A DNA stretch of 64,000 nt, taken from a bacterium. GTDB lineage: Bacteria; UBA8248. Positions 26,751 through 35,175 of this stretch are shown one piece after another; the stretch's first letter is position 1, and each line of letters begins with the position of its first letter. The position numbers and the translations under genes are program-made. The stretch is from contig OZ241326.1 in NCBI GenBank assembly GCA_965199855.1, positions 2,112,001 to 2,176,000 of the forward strand, given 5' to 3'. Below the pieces are notes generated by a model. It was not told where the DNA came from. It searched no databases and was given only the letters and a program-made list of their open reading frames with translations.

Positions 26751-27353
26751 GCCATGAAACCCGCATCCCCCCGTCGTGAACGAATCGCCTTCGCATTCGG
26801 AGGTCTTCGTAGTACCGCCCCCTCCCCGGGGGCGTCCCGCAGGCCGCGGCCTGTCCCTAACATAAACATAAAATCCTTGATTCCCGCCGCGATGGGAAAA
26901 TCCTCGAATCGATCGCGCATTTGCCCGCATTTGCGCTGCGGCGTCCCGGGCGGCCGCGCCCTATATTCCCCAGGTCGGAGGCGGCGGGAAGCGTTCCGCC
27001 CTCCGGCGCGGCGGTCTCGCGCGAAGCGAAAGAGGCGGATGATGGCGAAGCGGGGGGATTGCGGAATCCGGGGGGTTGTCGTCCGGCAACGGGCGGCGCG
27101 CGCGCCGTCGCCATCATAATGAAAACGCTCCCATTTTCGACAAAAAAAGACAAATTCACGGCCTTTTCAGACACATTCGCAGCTTTTTTCGACCTGTTCC
27201 AGACCCTTTTGAACGCGGAAAAAGAAATGTCAACTTATTGAAAATAAAGGTATTGTATCAAAAAAGGGCGTCCGGAGAGGGTGTTTCACGCAACCGCGGC
27301 ATTTGTCCGCATCCGCGCGCATCCGCGCTTCTCGCCCACCCCGCCGGGAGCGT

Positions 27354-27483
27354 GGGGACAACCCCCGTGGTTGTCCTTCGTCGGGTTCTCATCCCGCCGA
27401 GACGCAACCATCCCGCAGGGGCGGTTCGGGAACCGCCCGCCCCATATCAACGGGAACGGCGCGGGACGCATATATGCGTCCCC
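27354..27483. repeat. Cluster of REP-like hairpins
   Basis: GGACAACC-CCCGT-GGTTGTCC; GCAGGGGCGGTTCGGGAACCGCCC; GGGACGCATATATGCGTCCC. Confidence 0.7.
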
Positions 27484-27558
27484 ACCCTGTGAAATCGAAC
27501 GCCGCCCGCAGGCGAAACGCCCGCGGCGCGCTTGCGGGCGGGCGGCGTCTGCCCTAGG

Positions 27559-28899
27559 ATGCGTCGCGTCAACCCGTTATCTTCCCTTCCACCCGCCTCA
27601 CCCGGAAAGAAGCCCTTGGAGCGCGGCTACCGGCTCTTCTCGCCCAGGCAATGGCTCTTCATCGCCGCCGCCTTCGCGCTCATGGGGCTTTTCTCGGGCC
27701 TCAACTTCCTTTTCGGCATTTTTCTCAATCCCCTGATCGACGAATTCGGCTGGAGCCGCTCGACCGCCTCGGCGGCCTATTCCATCAACATGTGCATGAT
27801 AGCGTTCTGCTCGATGATCGCGGGCGGCCTCTCCGACAGGTTCGGGACGCGGCCCGTGCTGCTCGCGGGCGTCCTCATCGCCGGCGGCTCGCTGCTGCTC
27901 TCCTTCTTCATCTCGAATCTGTGGCAATACTTTCTGCTGGCGGGGGCGATGTCGGGGCTGGGGCGCGCCGCCATCGCCACGCCCGTCCAGGCCTTCATCC
28001 AGCGCGGCCTGACCAGGAACCGGGGGCTCGCCACCGGGCTGGCCGGCTCGGGGGCGGGCCTCGGCATCCTCGCCCTGGCGCCCCTCACGGGCTTTCTCGT
28101 GAGCGCCCACGGGTGGCGGGCCTCCTACCTCTTTCTGGGCGTCCTCTTCCTCGCCGTCGCCGTCCCGGCGGCGCTCGTCCTCAGACCCGCGAAGCGGCGC
28201 GAGGCGGAGGGCGAAGCGCGGCGCCGCCCGGCCGCCCCGGAGGAGCCCGCCCCGATCCTCCCGGAAGCCTCCATGGGGATGCGGGAGATTCTCCGGCGCA
28301 GGCCCTTCTGGATGATTCTCGCAAGCCACGCCACGGACTGCATGTGCCACTCGGTGCTCATCGTGCATCTGGCGCCCATCGCCATCGAGGCGGGCGTATC
28401 CCCCGCGCGGGCGTCGGGCCTCGTCGGCCTTCTGGGGCTGGGAACGCTCATCGGGCGCATCGGCGCGGGCGTCCTGGCGGACCGCATCGGCGCGAAGCGC
28501 GCCCTGCTCGCCGCGCTGCTGACGCAGACCCTGCCGGTGCCCCTGCTCTTCTGGATAGGATCTCCCGCCGCCTTCTACGCCGTCGCCCTCATGGTCGGCT
28601 TCGGCCTCGGGGGACACGGGACGATGTATCCCGTCGTCACGCGCGAATACTACGGCCCCCGGAGGGTGGGCGCCCTGTTCGGCGCCTTCATCACCGGCGC
28701 GAGTTCGGGCATGGCCACGGGGGGATTCATGGGCGGCCTCCTGCACGACCTGACGGGCGACTACAGGCTCTCCATCCTGTTCAGCTTCGCCGCCGGCGTC
28801 GCCTCGCTCCTCTTCGTCCTCTCCTACCCCTCCCGCGAGAGCGCCGCGAAAAAAGACGCCGCGCGCGCCCTCGCCCAGCCCGCGGGGGGAGGCGCCTGA
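27559..28899 (+). CDS. MFS transporter (OFA/monocarboxylate-like)
   Basis: About 12 hydrophobic segments; motif A GGLSDRFGTR and GVLADRIGAK; RNRGLATG. Confidence 0.9.
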   Translation: MRRVNPLSSLPPASPGKKPLERGYRLFSPRQWLFIAAAFALMGLFSGLNFLFGIFLNPLIDEFGWSRSTASAAYSINMCMIAFCSMIAGGLSDRFGTRPVLLAGVLIAGGSLLLSFFISNLWQYFLLAGAMSGLGRAAIATPVQAFIQRGLTRNRGLATGLAGSGAGLGILALAPLTGFLVSAHGWRASYLFLGVLFLAVAVPAALVLRPAKRREAEGEARRRPAAPEEPAPILPEASMGMREILRRRPFWMILASHATDCMCHSVLIVHLAPIAIEAGVSPARASGLVGLLGLGTLIGRIGAGVLADRIGAKRALLAALLTQTLPVPLLFWIGSPAAFYAVALMVGFGLGGHGTMYPVVTREYYGPRRVGALFGAFITGASSGMATGGFMGGLLHDLTGDYRLSILFSFAAGVASLLFVLSYPSRESAAKKDAARALAQPAGGGA

Positions 28900-28995
28900 A
28901 GGGCCGGCGGGACGCCCGCGCCGCCGCAGGGCGCCGTGGTTCGCCGCAGGGGGCGACTTCTCCTCGGCGGCGCGACGGCGCCGGACGTCCCGAAA

Positions 28996-29175
28996 CGGGC
29001 GCTTCGCGAACCGCCCCTGCGGAATCAAAAAAAAACCATCCCCCGCCGTCATTCCGGCGAAGGCCGGAATCCGGGGTTTTCGGCCCAGGGGAGAGGGACG
29101 GCGGAATCCGCGGCGCGCGCCCCTGTGGTTGTCCTTCACCGCATCCTCGTCCCCGCCGACGCGCGAACGTTCCCG
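28996..29175. repeat. Mixed REP-like cluster (GTAG-type and CGTC-type hairpins)
   Basis: GGGCGCTTCGCGAACCGCCCCTGC; CGTCATTCCGGCGAAGGCCGGAATCC (29047-29072); CCTGTGGTTGTCCTTC...CCCGCCGACGCGCGAAC. Confidence 0.6.
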
Positions 29176-29202
29176 GCGCGCCGGGGGCGGAACCCGCGCG
29201 CG

Positions 29203-29231
29203 TTGCCATCGCCCTCCCGATTTCGTATGAT
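29203..29231 (+). promoter_or_regulatory. Sigma-70 promoter of small gene copy 1
   Basis: TTGCCA-N17-TATGAT; CCCGATTTCGTATGAT identical upstream of the paralog (34394-34422). Confidence 0.65.
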
Positions 29232-29282
29232 GCGCGGAATCACCCGGCGTGAATGCGCGAACCGGGAGCGGGGAGAGGCGCG

Positions 29283-29740
29283 ATGACGGAGTTTGAACTG
29301 GCGACGGCGGCTTTCCAGAACGCGACGATTGAATTTCAGAACGCGACCCTCGAGTTTCAGAACGCGGCCCTTGAATTTCAGAAATGGGGGGTCGAGTTTC
29401 AGAAGTGGGGGGTGGCGGCGCAGTGGGTCGTCGGTCTTCTTCAGGTCGCCCTGATCGCCTACGGCCTTCGCCTCATGGAGCGCGGCGGCGCGCGGCGCTC
29501 TCCGAGCGTCAGCACGACGAGACGATGGCCGCCCTCGCCGCGGAGCAGGCGGCCTCGGAAAAGCGACACGAAGAGACGATGGCCGCTCTCGCCGAGGAGC
29601 GGGCGGCTTCCCAGAAGCGGCACGAGGAGGCCATGGACGAATCGGAGAAACGGCACGAGGAAGCCATGCGGAAGCACGACGAGTCGATGACCGCCCTCAC
29701 GGAGCTCATCAGGCGGACGGGGAGCGGGGAGAGTCCCTGA
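29283..29740 (+). pseudogene. Frameshifted paralog of 34492-34896 (heptad repeats, TM, His-containing coiled-coil)
   Basis: MTEFELATAAFQNATIEFQ... in one frame; the homologous C-terminus ...[19 protein letters not shown] is in another frame, switching at about 29490-29500. Confidence 0.7.
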
Positions 29741-29817
29741 GCGGGACGCGCCCGCGATTCTCCCGAACCGGCCCCTTTCGACCGGGCGCGAAAACGGAAA
29801 ATATGATATGATGCCGG

Positions 29818-30055
29818 CGCAGACCGCAGACCGCAGACCGCAGACCGCAGACCGCAGACCGCAGACCGCAGACCGCAGACCGCAGACCGCAGACCGCAGA
29901 CCGCAGACCGCAGACCGCAGACCGCAGACCGCAGACCGCAGACCGCAGACCGCAGACCGCAGACCGCAGACCGCAGACCGCAGACCGCAGACCGCAGACC
30001 GCAGACCGCAGACCGCAGACCGCAGACCGCAGACCGCAGACCGCAGACCGCAGAC
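29818..30055. repeat. Perfect heptanucleotide microsatellite (CGCAGAC)34
   Basis: 238 bp of uninterrupted CGCAGAC units. Confidence 0.97.
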
Positions 30056-30079
30056 GTAGGGGCGGTTCGGGAACCGCCC
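30056..30079 (+). repeat. GTAG-type REP-like hairpin abutting the microsatellite
   Basis: GTAGGGGCGGTTCGGGAACCGCCC. Confidence 0.7.
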
Positions 30080-30189
30080 GCGCTCTCTTCGGCGGCGTGG
30101 GCGGCTCGTGAGCCTCCCCCGCGAAACCGCAAGGCCCGCCCCCGCGGCCCGTCATCCATCGGGAACGGCCCGCGAGCGCGTCCGCGTCC

Positions 30190-30219
30190 TTGACGGGCGC
30201 ATTCCGCTATCTATATGCT
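30190..30219 (+). promoter_or_regulatory. Putative sigma-70 promoter of the autotransporter
   Basis: TTGACG-N18-TATGCT (or N16-TATATG), about 135 bp before ATG 30355. Confidence 0.45.
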
Positions 30220-30354
30220 TTTCCGTCCGTTGTCCGCCCTCAGGCGGGCGGCGCGAGCAGCGGCGCCGCCCGGATGGAGAGTCATTCGCGCCCCGCGGAG
30301 CGGAGGCGCCCCGGACAAACCCTTCAGCCCGAACTCACGGGAGAACATGACATT

Positions 30355-33300
30355 ATGCTCACGAATCGCCATCACCGTTTTCCGGCTTCCGCCGCCGCGC
30401 GCGCCCTGGGACTGGCGCTGGCCGCCGCGCTCCTCCTCGGCGCGGGAGAAGCGGCGGCGCAGACCCCGCTGTGTCCCACGGCCGGCCATGAGACGACCGC
30501 CGTCTTTCCCCCCGGAACCAACCTTCAGAACCTGACCCGGGATCAACTGAAGACGATTTATCGCTCCTTCCCGAACCTGGTGATTCCCTCCGCGAGAATC
30601 GAGTGCAGGTACGGGGTGGCGGACAACAAACACCACTCTTTCCTCGTCCGCAGCCCCAAAATCACCGTCGCGGACGACTGGGTGACCGGAATCTACGCCC
30701 TGCACGAGAGCAGGGGGACTCTGGAGGTCTATATTCACGCCGTGGGCCCGACCGGCGAGGCGCAGCACTTCCACCCGATCGACTACGGCAACATGGCCGT
30801 CAGAACGGGGGGCGTGGCGGCCGACTACACGACGGGCGAAGAATCCCACGCCATCCACGTCGAGCACACGGGCGAAGGCGGGGTCGGCCTCGATTTCCGG
30901 AATCTCTCGCTGTTCACGCAGGGCGACTACGCCTATGGCGTTTACGTCAAGCAGCAGGGCTCCTACGTCTTCAGGCACGGGGCGAGCCGGCGCGCCAGGG
31001 GCGAGATCGTGGTCAGGATCATCGAGACCGACCGCGATCGCGAGGGGCGGGCGCGCCCGCTGATAGCGACGCGGGGCGACTGGGCCGACGCCGTCCGCGC
31101 CGAATTCTCCCGCGGCGCGGCGCAGGGCGACGTCACCGTCGCCATCAAGGGCTACACCATCGCGACGGGCGGCATCGTCCCCCAGCAGGAGCATCCCGAG
31201 ACCTACCCCCCCCCCACGGGACAGGCGGCCCGCGCCGTATTCGCCCTGCACCAGGGCTACGGCGACATCCGCGTCTCCGCGACAGACGCCCAAATCCTCA
31301 CGTGGGGCAATCAGGCCTCGGCCATTTTCGGCCATCATGAGGGCAGGACGAGAACGATCATGAACGTGGGGGGCGGCTCCGAGGTCATCCCGGGCGGAGG
31401 CGTCATCTCCCTCACCGTGAGCGGCGGCGAGATCAGGACGATGGGCTTCATCAGCTCCGAGGAAGGAGCCGAGGAGACGCTGCAAGGGATCGGCGTGAAT
31501 TTCCGGGCGACAGGCGGCTCCAACTCCCATGGCGTCTATGGCTGGCACCAGGGAGACGGGCCCATCGACATCAACCTGACGAACGCCTCCGTCTCCACGA
31601 CGGGCGCGGGCGTCTTTGGCCACCACAAGGGCGGCGACGGCGCAATCGACATCAACCTGGCGAACGCCTCCGTCTCCACGACGGAGGAGAACGCCTACGC
31701 CTACGGCGTCCTGGCCTGGCGGGAGCACGGCGGCGAGGGCGATGTCTCCGTCTCCGTCGCGGGCGGCTCGATTTCCACCGCCACGGAGAGCTCCCACGCC
31801 GTCTGGGGCCGGCAGGAAGGCGCGAAGGGCGGCGTCTCCATCACCGCGGCGAACGCCGCCCTCTCCACGGCGGGCAAGGCGGCCCACGGCGTAATCGGCG
31901 TCATCCAGGGCAAAGCCGCCGTGGATGACGGGGAAGGCGGGACGACGCTCGCGCGGAGCGGCGAGGGGGTATTCGCGGGCGAGGGCGACATCGCCGTCTC
32001 CGTCGCGGGCGGCTCGATTTCCACCGCGGGCGAGCTGGCCCACGGCGTCCATGCCGACCATCACGGCGACGAGGGGGAGATCGCCGTCACGATAGCGGAC
32101 GGCGCCTCCATCGCCACCGCGGGCGAGAACGCCTACGGCGTCTATGCCCGGCACATCCACAAGGGCGCGGTCGCCGTCGCCTTGACGGGGAGCGTCGGGA
32201 CGGCCGGCGACTACGCCTACGGCGCTCGCCTCTATCACTCGGGCGTCTCGGGCGATATGTCCTTCCGCATGACGGGCGGCGAAATCAGGACGACGGGCGC
32301 GGGCGCCCACGGCGTCAGCGTCGAGCATCACGGCGACGCGGGCGCGGTCGCCGTCACGATAGCGGGAGGCGAGGTCTCCGCCGCGGGCGAGAACGCCTAC
32401 GGCGTCTGGATGAAAACGGCGGGAGGCGCGACGCTCACGATCGGGCGGGGGGCGCGCGTGAGCGCGACCCAGTCGGGCCTGGCCGCTTTCGCCGACGGCC
32501 GGGGCGACTTCGCCGCGATGATTCACGGAACGATGGAAGGCGGCGTCGTCAGCTACGCGAGCGGGGAGAATACGGTCACGGTGGGCCCCTCGGGCGCCAT
32601 CAAGGGGATTATTGACGGGGTGGCGATTCACGCGGAAGGCGGCGGGCTCCACGTTGATTTGAGCCTGACCGATTCGAGCCTGAACGCCCGCGGGGTGGCC
32701 GACGTTCTGGGCGGCGACATCGTGACCGCGGCGCCGGAGGAAACCACCGTCATCGTCAACGGCGTGACGGTGTTCGACGGGGTGAACGGCGTCGTCGACG
32801 TCGACGTGCCGAACGGGCCGTTCGACGTCCGCATGTCCGCCGCCCAGAGCGGGCGCCTCACCCTGACCGAGCGCTACGCCCCGCGCGCGAGCGTCTATGA
32901 GGCGCTTCCGGGCCTCCTGCTCCGGCTGAGCGGCGCGAGAGCGCGGGGCGAGAGGAAGACCTCGCCCGGCTCCCCGGTCTGGGCGAGCGTCTGGCGCGGG
33001 GAGGGCTCCCGCGGCGACGGGGGTTCGACCGTCGGCGCCTCCCATGACTTCGAGCATTCCGGAGCGGAGGCCGGCCTCTACCTGGCCTTTCCCCGGTCCG
33101 GCGGCCTGAGCGGCTCCGTCTCGGTTCGCCAGTCGAAGGCGCGGGCGGACGTCTCCATGCCCTCGGGCAAGGGCGATATCGAGCTGGAAGGCGCGGGCGC
33201 GGGCCTCGGCCTCTCCTGGAGGAACCGGAGCGGCTGGTATCTGAGCGGAAATTATTCCTTCATGGAATACGACGCCGACCTCGCCTCGGAGCCCCGGGGC

Positions 33301-33771
33301 AAGCTCAAGAGCGGCGCGGACGCGACGGTCCGCGCCGTGGGACTCGAGGCGGGCAGGCACCTCGCCCTGAGCGAGCGATTCGCCCTCATCCCCCGCGTCT
33401 GGGCGGCGCGGGCGAGCGCCTCCATCAAGGGCTTCACGGATTCCGTCGGGGCGCGCTTCAGCCTCATCGAGGGCGACAGGCTCACGGGCGGCGCGGGCGT
33501 CGCCGCCGAGACGGAAGTCGCCCGCCGCGGCTGGACGCTCTCCCTCCGCGGGGCGCTGGACGTCGAAAGCGCACTGAGCGGCGAGAAGACGACCGTAGAC
33601 GTCTCCGGCCACCGGCTCCACGCGGAAAGCGAGGACACCCGGATTCTGATGGGACTGGACGCCCTCTATCGGGAGGGGCCCCTCTCGCTCGGGCTGGCGC
33701 TGCGCGCGGACGGCCTGGGCACGGACGACGAGGCCTACGGCGGCCGCCTGAGCCTGGGGCTTCGGTTCTAG
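30355..33771 (+). CDS. Type Va autotransporter (beta-helical repeat passenger, C-terminal beta-barrel)
   Basis: Signal peptide ending AAA-Q; repeated ISTAGE.AHGV/AYGV units; YAPRA.VYEALP linker; amphipathic barrel ending LSLGLRF. Confidence 0.88.
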   Translation: MLTNRHHRFPASAAARALGLALAAALLLGAGEAAAQTPLCPTAGHETTAVFPPGTNLQNLTRDQLKTIYRSFPNLVIPSARIECRYGVADNKHHSFLVRSPKITVADDWVTGIYALHESRGTLEVYIHAVGPTGEAQHFHPIDYGNMAVRTGGVAADYTTGEESHAIHVEHTGEGGVGLDFRNLSLFTQGDYAYGVYVKQQGSYVFRHGASRRARGEIVVRIIETDRDREGRARPLIATRGDWADAVRAEFSRGAAQGDVTVAIKGYTIATGGIVPQQEHPETYPPPTGQAARAVFALHQGYGDIRVSATDAQILTWGNQASAIFGHHEGRTRTIMNVGGGSEVIPGGGVISLTVSGGEIRTMGFISSEEGAEETLQGIGVNFRATGGSNSHGVYGWHQGDGPIDINLTNASVSTTGAGVFGHHKGGDGAIDINLANASVSTTEENAYAYGVLAWREHGGEGDVSVSVAGGSISTATESSHAVWGRQEGAKGGVSITAANAALSTAGKAAHGVIGVIQGKAAVDDGEGGTTLARSGEGVFAGEGDIAVSVAGGSISTAGELAHGVHADHHGDEGEIAVTIADGASIATAGENAYGVYARHIHKGAVAVALTGSVGTAGDYAYGARLYHSGVSGDMSFRMTGGEIRTTGAGAHGVSVEHHGDAGAVAVTIAGGEVSAAGENAYGVWMKTAGGATLTIGRGARVSATQSGLAAFADGRGDFAAMIHGTMEGGVVSYASGENTVTVGPSGAIKGIIDGVAIHAEGGGLHVDLSLTDSSLNARGVADVLGGDIVTAAPEETTVIVNGVTVFDGVNGVVDVDVPNGPFDVRMSAAQSGRLTLTERYAPRASVYEALPGLLLRLSGARARGERKTSPGSPVWASVWRGEGSRGDGGSTVGASHDFEHSGAEAGLYLAFPRSGGLSGSVSVRQSKARADVSMPSGKGDIELEGAGAGLGLSWRNRSGWYLSGNYSFMEYDADLASEPRGKLKSGADATVRAVGLEAGRHLALSERFALIPRVWAARASASIKGFTDSVGARFSLIEGDRLTGGAGVAAETEVARRGWTLSLRGALDVESALSGEKTTVDVSGHRLHAESEDTRILMGLDALYREGPLSLGLALRADGLGTDDEAYGGRLSLGLRF

Positions 33772-33802
33772 GCGCGCGCGGCGAAGCCTCGACCGCGCTC
33801 AC

Positions 33803-33843
33803 CGGGCGCGGGGGCCGGTTCGATGGCCCCCGCGCCCGTTTTT
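33803..33843 (+). terminator. Intrinsic terminator of the autotransporter
   Basis: 14-bp stem CGGGCGCGGGGGCC/GGCCCCCGCGCCCG followed by a T run. Confidence 0.8.
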
Positions 33844-33874
33844 CGTTTCTCGCCGAACGGATCGGTTGGTTTCG

Positions 33875-34045
33875 TGAACCGGCCCGCCCGCGTCAACGGG
33901 AACGGCGCGGGACGCATATATGCTGTCCCCTACAAAGGAAAAATCGCCGCCCTCGCCCGTAGGGGGCGCATTCATGCGCCCCGTTTGCGGGTCGGCGATG
34001 ACGCGGATCAAATCGTAGGAACAACCCCTGTGGTTGCCCGCGCTG
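33875..34045. repeat. Cluster of GTAG/CTAC REP-like hairpins
   Basis: GACGCATATATGC..CCCCTAC; GTAGGGGGCGCATTCATGCGCCCC; GTAGGAACAACCCCTGTGGTTG. Confidence 0.65.
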
Positions 34046-34061
34046 GGTTCCTTCCTCCTCG

Positions 34062-34311
34062 CCGAGGCGCGAAAATCCCGTAGGGGGCGTTCGGGAACGC
34101 CCCGCCGCCTCCGATGCGAATCCCTCCCCGCAACGGGCGGTTCACGAACCGCCCCTACGAAACCGTCGCCGCCCGCCGAAGATGCGGCCATCCCTCCAGG
34201 TGGGGACAACCACAGGGGGTTGTCCCTACGGCCTCCCTTGAGGGTCGCCGTCCCGCAACGGACGCTTCACGAATTGCGGGGAGACCCCGGGGAGGGGCCG
34301 CCCCTACGAAA
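34062..34311 (+). repeat. 250-bp direct repeat, copy A (composite of REP-like hairpins)
   Basis: Matches 34926-35175 with 6 substitutions by manual alignment. Confidence 0.93.
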
Positions 34312-34393
34312 TCGTAAAACCCGCATTCCCCGCCGATCGTCGGCGAGCGCATATATGCGCGTCCCGCTTGGCGTCTTTCATCCGCCCGAGGCA

Positions 34394-34422
34394 TTGCCGC
34401 GACGCCCCCGATTTCGTATGAT
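34394..34422 (+). promoter_or_regulatory. Sigma-70 promoter of small gene copy 2
   Basis: TTGCCG-N17-TATGAT, conserved with 29203-29231. Confidence 0.65.
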
Positions 34423-34437
34423 GAAATGGAATGGACG

Positions 34438-34469
34438 GCGTGAATGCGTGAATGCGTGAATGCGTGAAT
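34438..34469. repeat. Tandem octamer (GCGTGAAT)4 in the 5' UTR
   Basis: Four exact copies; the paralog has one exact and one degenerate copy. Confidence 0.85.
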
Positions 34470-34491
34470 CGGGAGCGAGGCGAGGAGACGG

Positions 34492-34896
34492 ATGATGACG
34501 GAGTTCGAGCTGGCGACGGCGGCTTTTCAGAACGCGACGATCGGGTTTCAGAACGCAACGCTCGAATTGCAGAACGCGACGATCCAATTTCAGAAGTGGG
34601 ATCTGATAGCGCAGTGGGTCATCGGGCTGGGGCAAATCGCCCTGATCGGCGGCGGTCTCGTGATGATGCAATTTGCCGGCCGGCGTCGGGACCGCGCGCT
34701 CGACCAGATGATGGACGAATCGCAGAGGCGGCACGATGAGGCCATGGAAGCCCTGAAGCGCCGGCACGACGAGGCGATGGCCGAATCGGAGAAGCGGCAC
34801 GTGGAGACGATGGAAGCCTTGAAGCGCCAGCACGAGGAGACGATGACCGCGCTCATGGAGCTCATCAAGCGGACGGGGAGCGGAGAGAAAACCTGA
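34492..34896 (+). CDS. Small membrane protein of unknown family: heptad FQNAT repeats, TM, 11-residue RH(D/E)E(A/T)M repeats
   Basis: GAGGAG RBS, own promoter, paralog at 29283. Confidence 0.8.
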   Translation: MMTEFELATAAFQNATIGFQNATLELQNATIQFQKWDLIAQWVIGLGQIALIGGGLVMMQFAGRRRDRALDQMMDESQRRHDEAMEALKRRHDEAMAESEKRHVETMEALKRQHEETMTALMELIKRTGSGEKT

Positions 34897-34925
34897 GCGG
34901 CCGCGCCTCCCTTGTTCACCTCTCA

Positions 34926-35175
34926 CCGAGGCGCGAAAATCCCGTAGGGGGCGTTCGGGAACGCCCCGCCGCCTCCGATGCGAATCCCTCCCCGCAACGT
35001 GCGGTTCACGAACCGCCCCTACGAAACCGTCGCCGCCCGCCGAAGATGCGGCCATCCCTCCAGGTGGGGACAACCACAGGGGGTTGTCCCTACGGCCTCC
35101 CTTGGGGGTCGCCGTCCCGCAACGGGCGGTTCACGAATTGCGGGGCGGCCCCGGGGAGGGGCCGCCCCTACGAAA
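34926..35175 (+). repeat. 250-bp direct repeat, copy B
   Basis: Matches 34062-34311. Confidence 0.93.

Noticed and set aside
26733-27557. Short ORFs in the argH-MFS intergenic region as transposase remnants
   Set aside because: No DDE or HUH motifs; most are translations of REP-like repeats.
29818-30055. Microsatellite as a CRISPR array or as a translational switch for the autotransporter
   Set aside because: No spacers are present, and all forward frames stop before the autotransporter start.
29509-30159. ORFs reading (SAVCGLR)n or (QTADRRP)n
   Set aside because: Translations of the heptamer microsatellite; no evidence that they are genes.
31072-32508. RGD motifs in the autotransporter passenger (31072-31080, 32500-32508)
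   Set aside because: Expected by chance in a long Arg/Gly/Asp-rich protein from a GC-rich genome; no evidence of exposure or function.
30211-33621. 1136-aa minus-strand ORF (and similar ones at 40021-42846 and 55809-58661)
   Set aside because: Antisense to well-supported genes; the lack of stops reflects codon bias on the coding strand.
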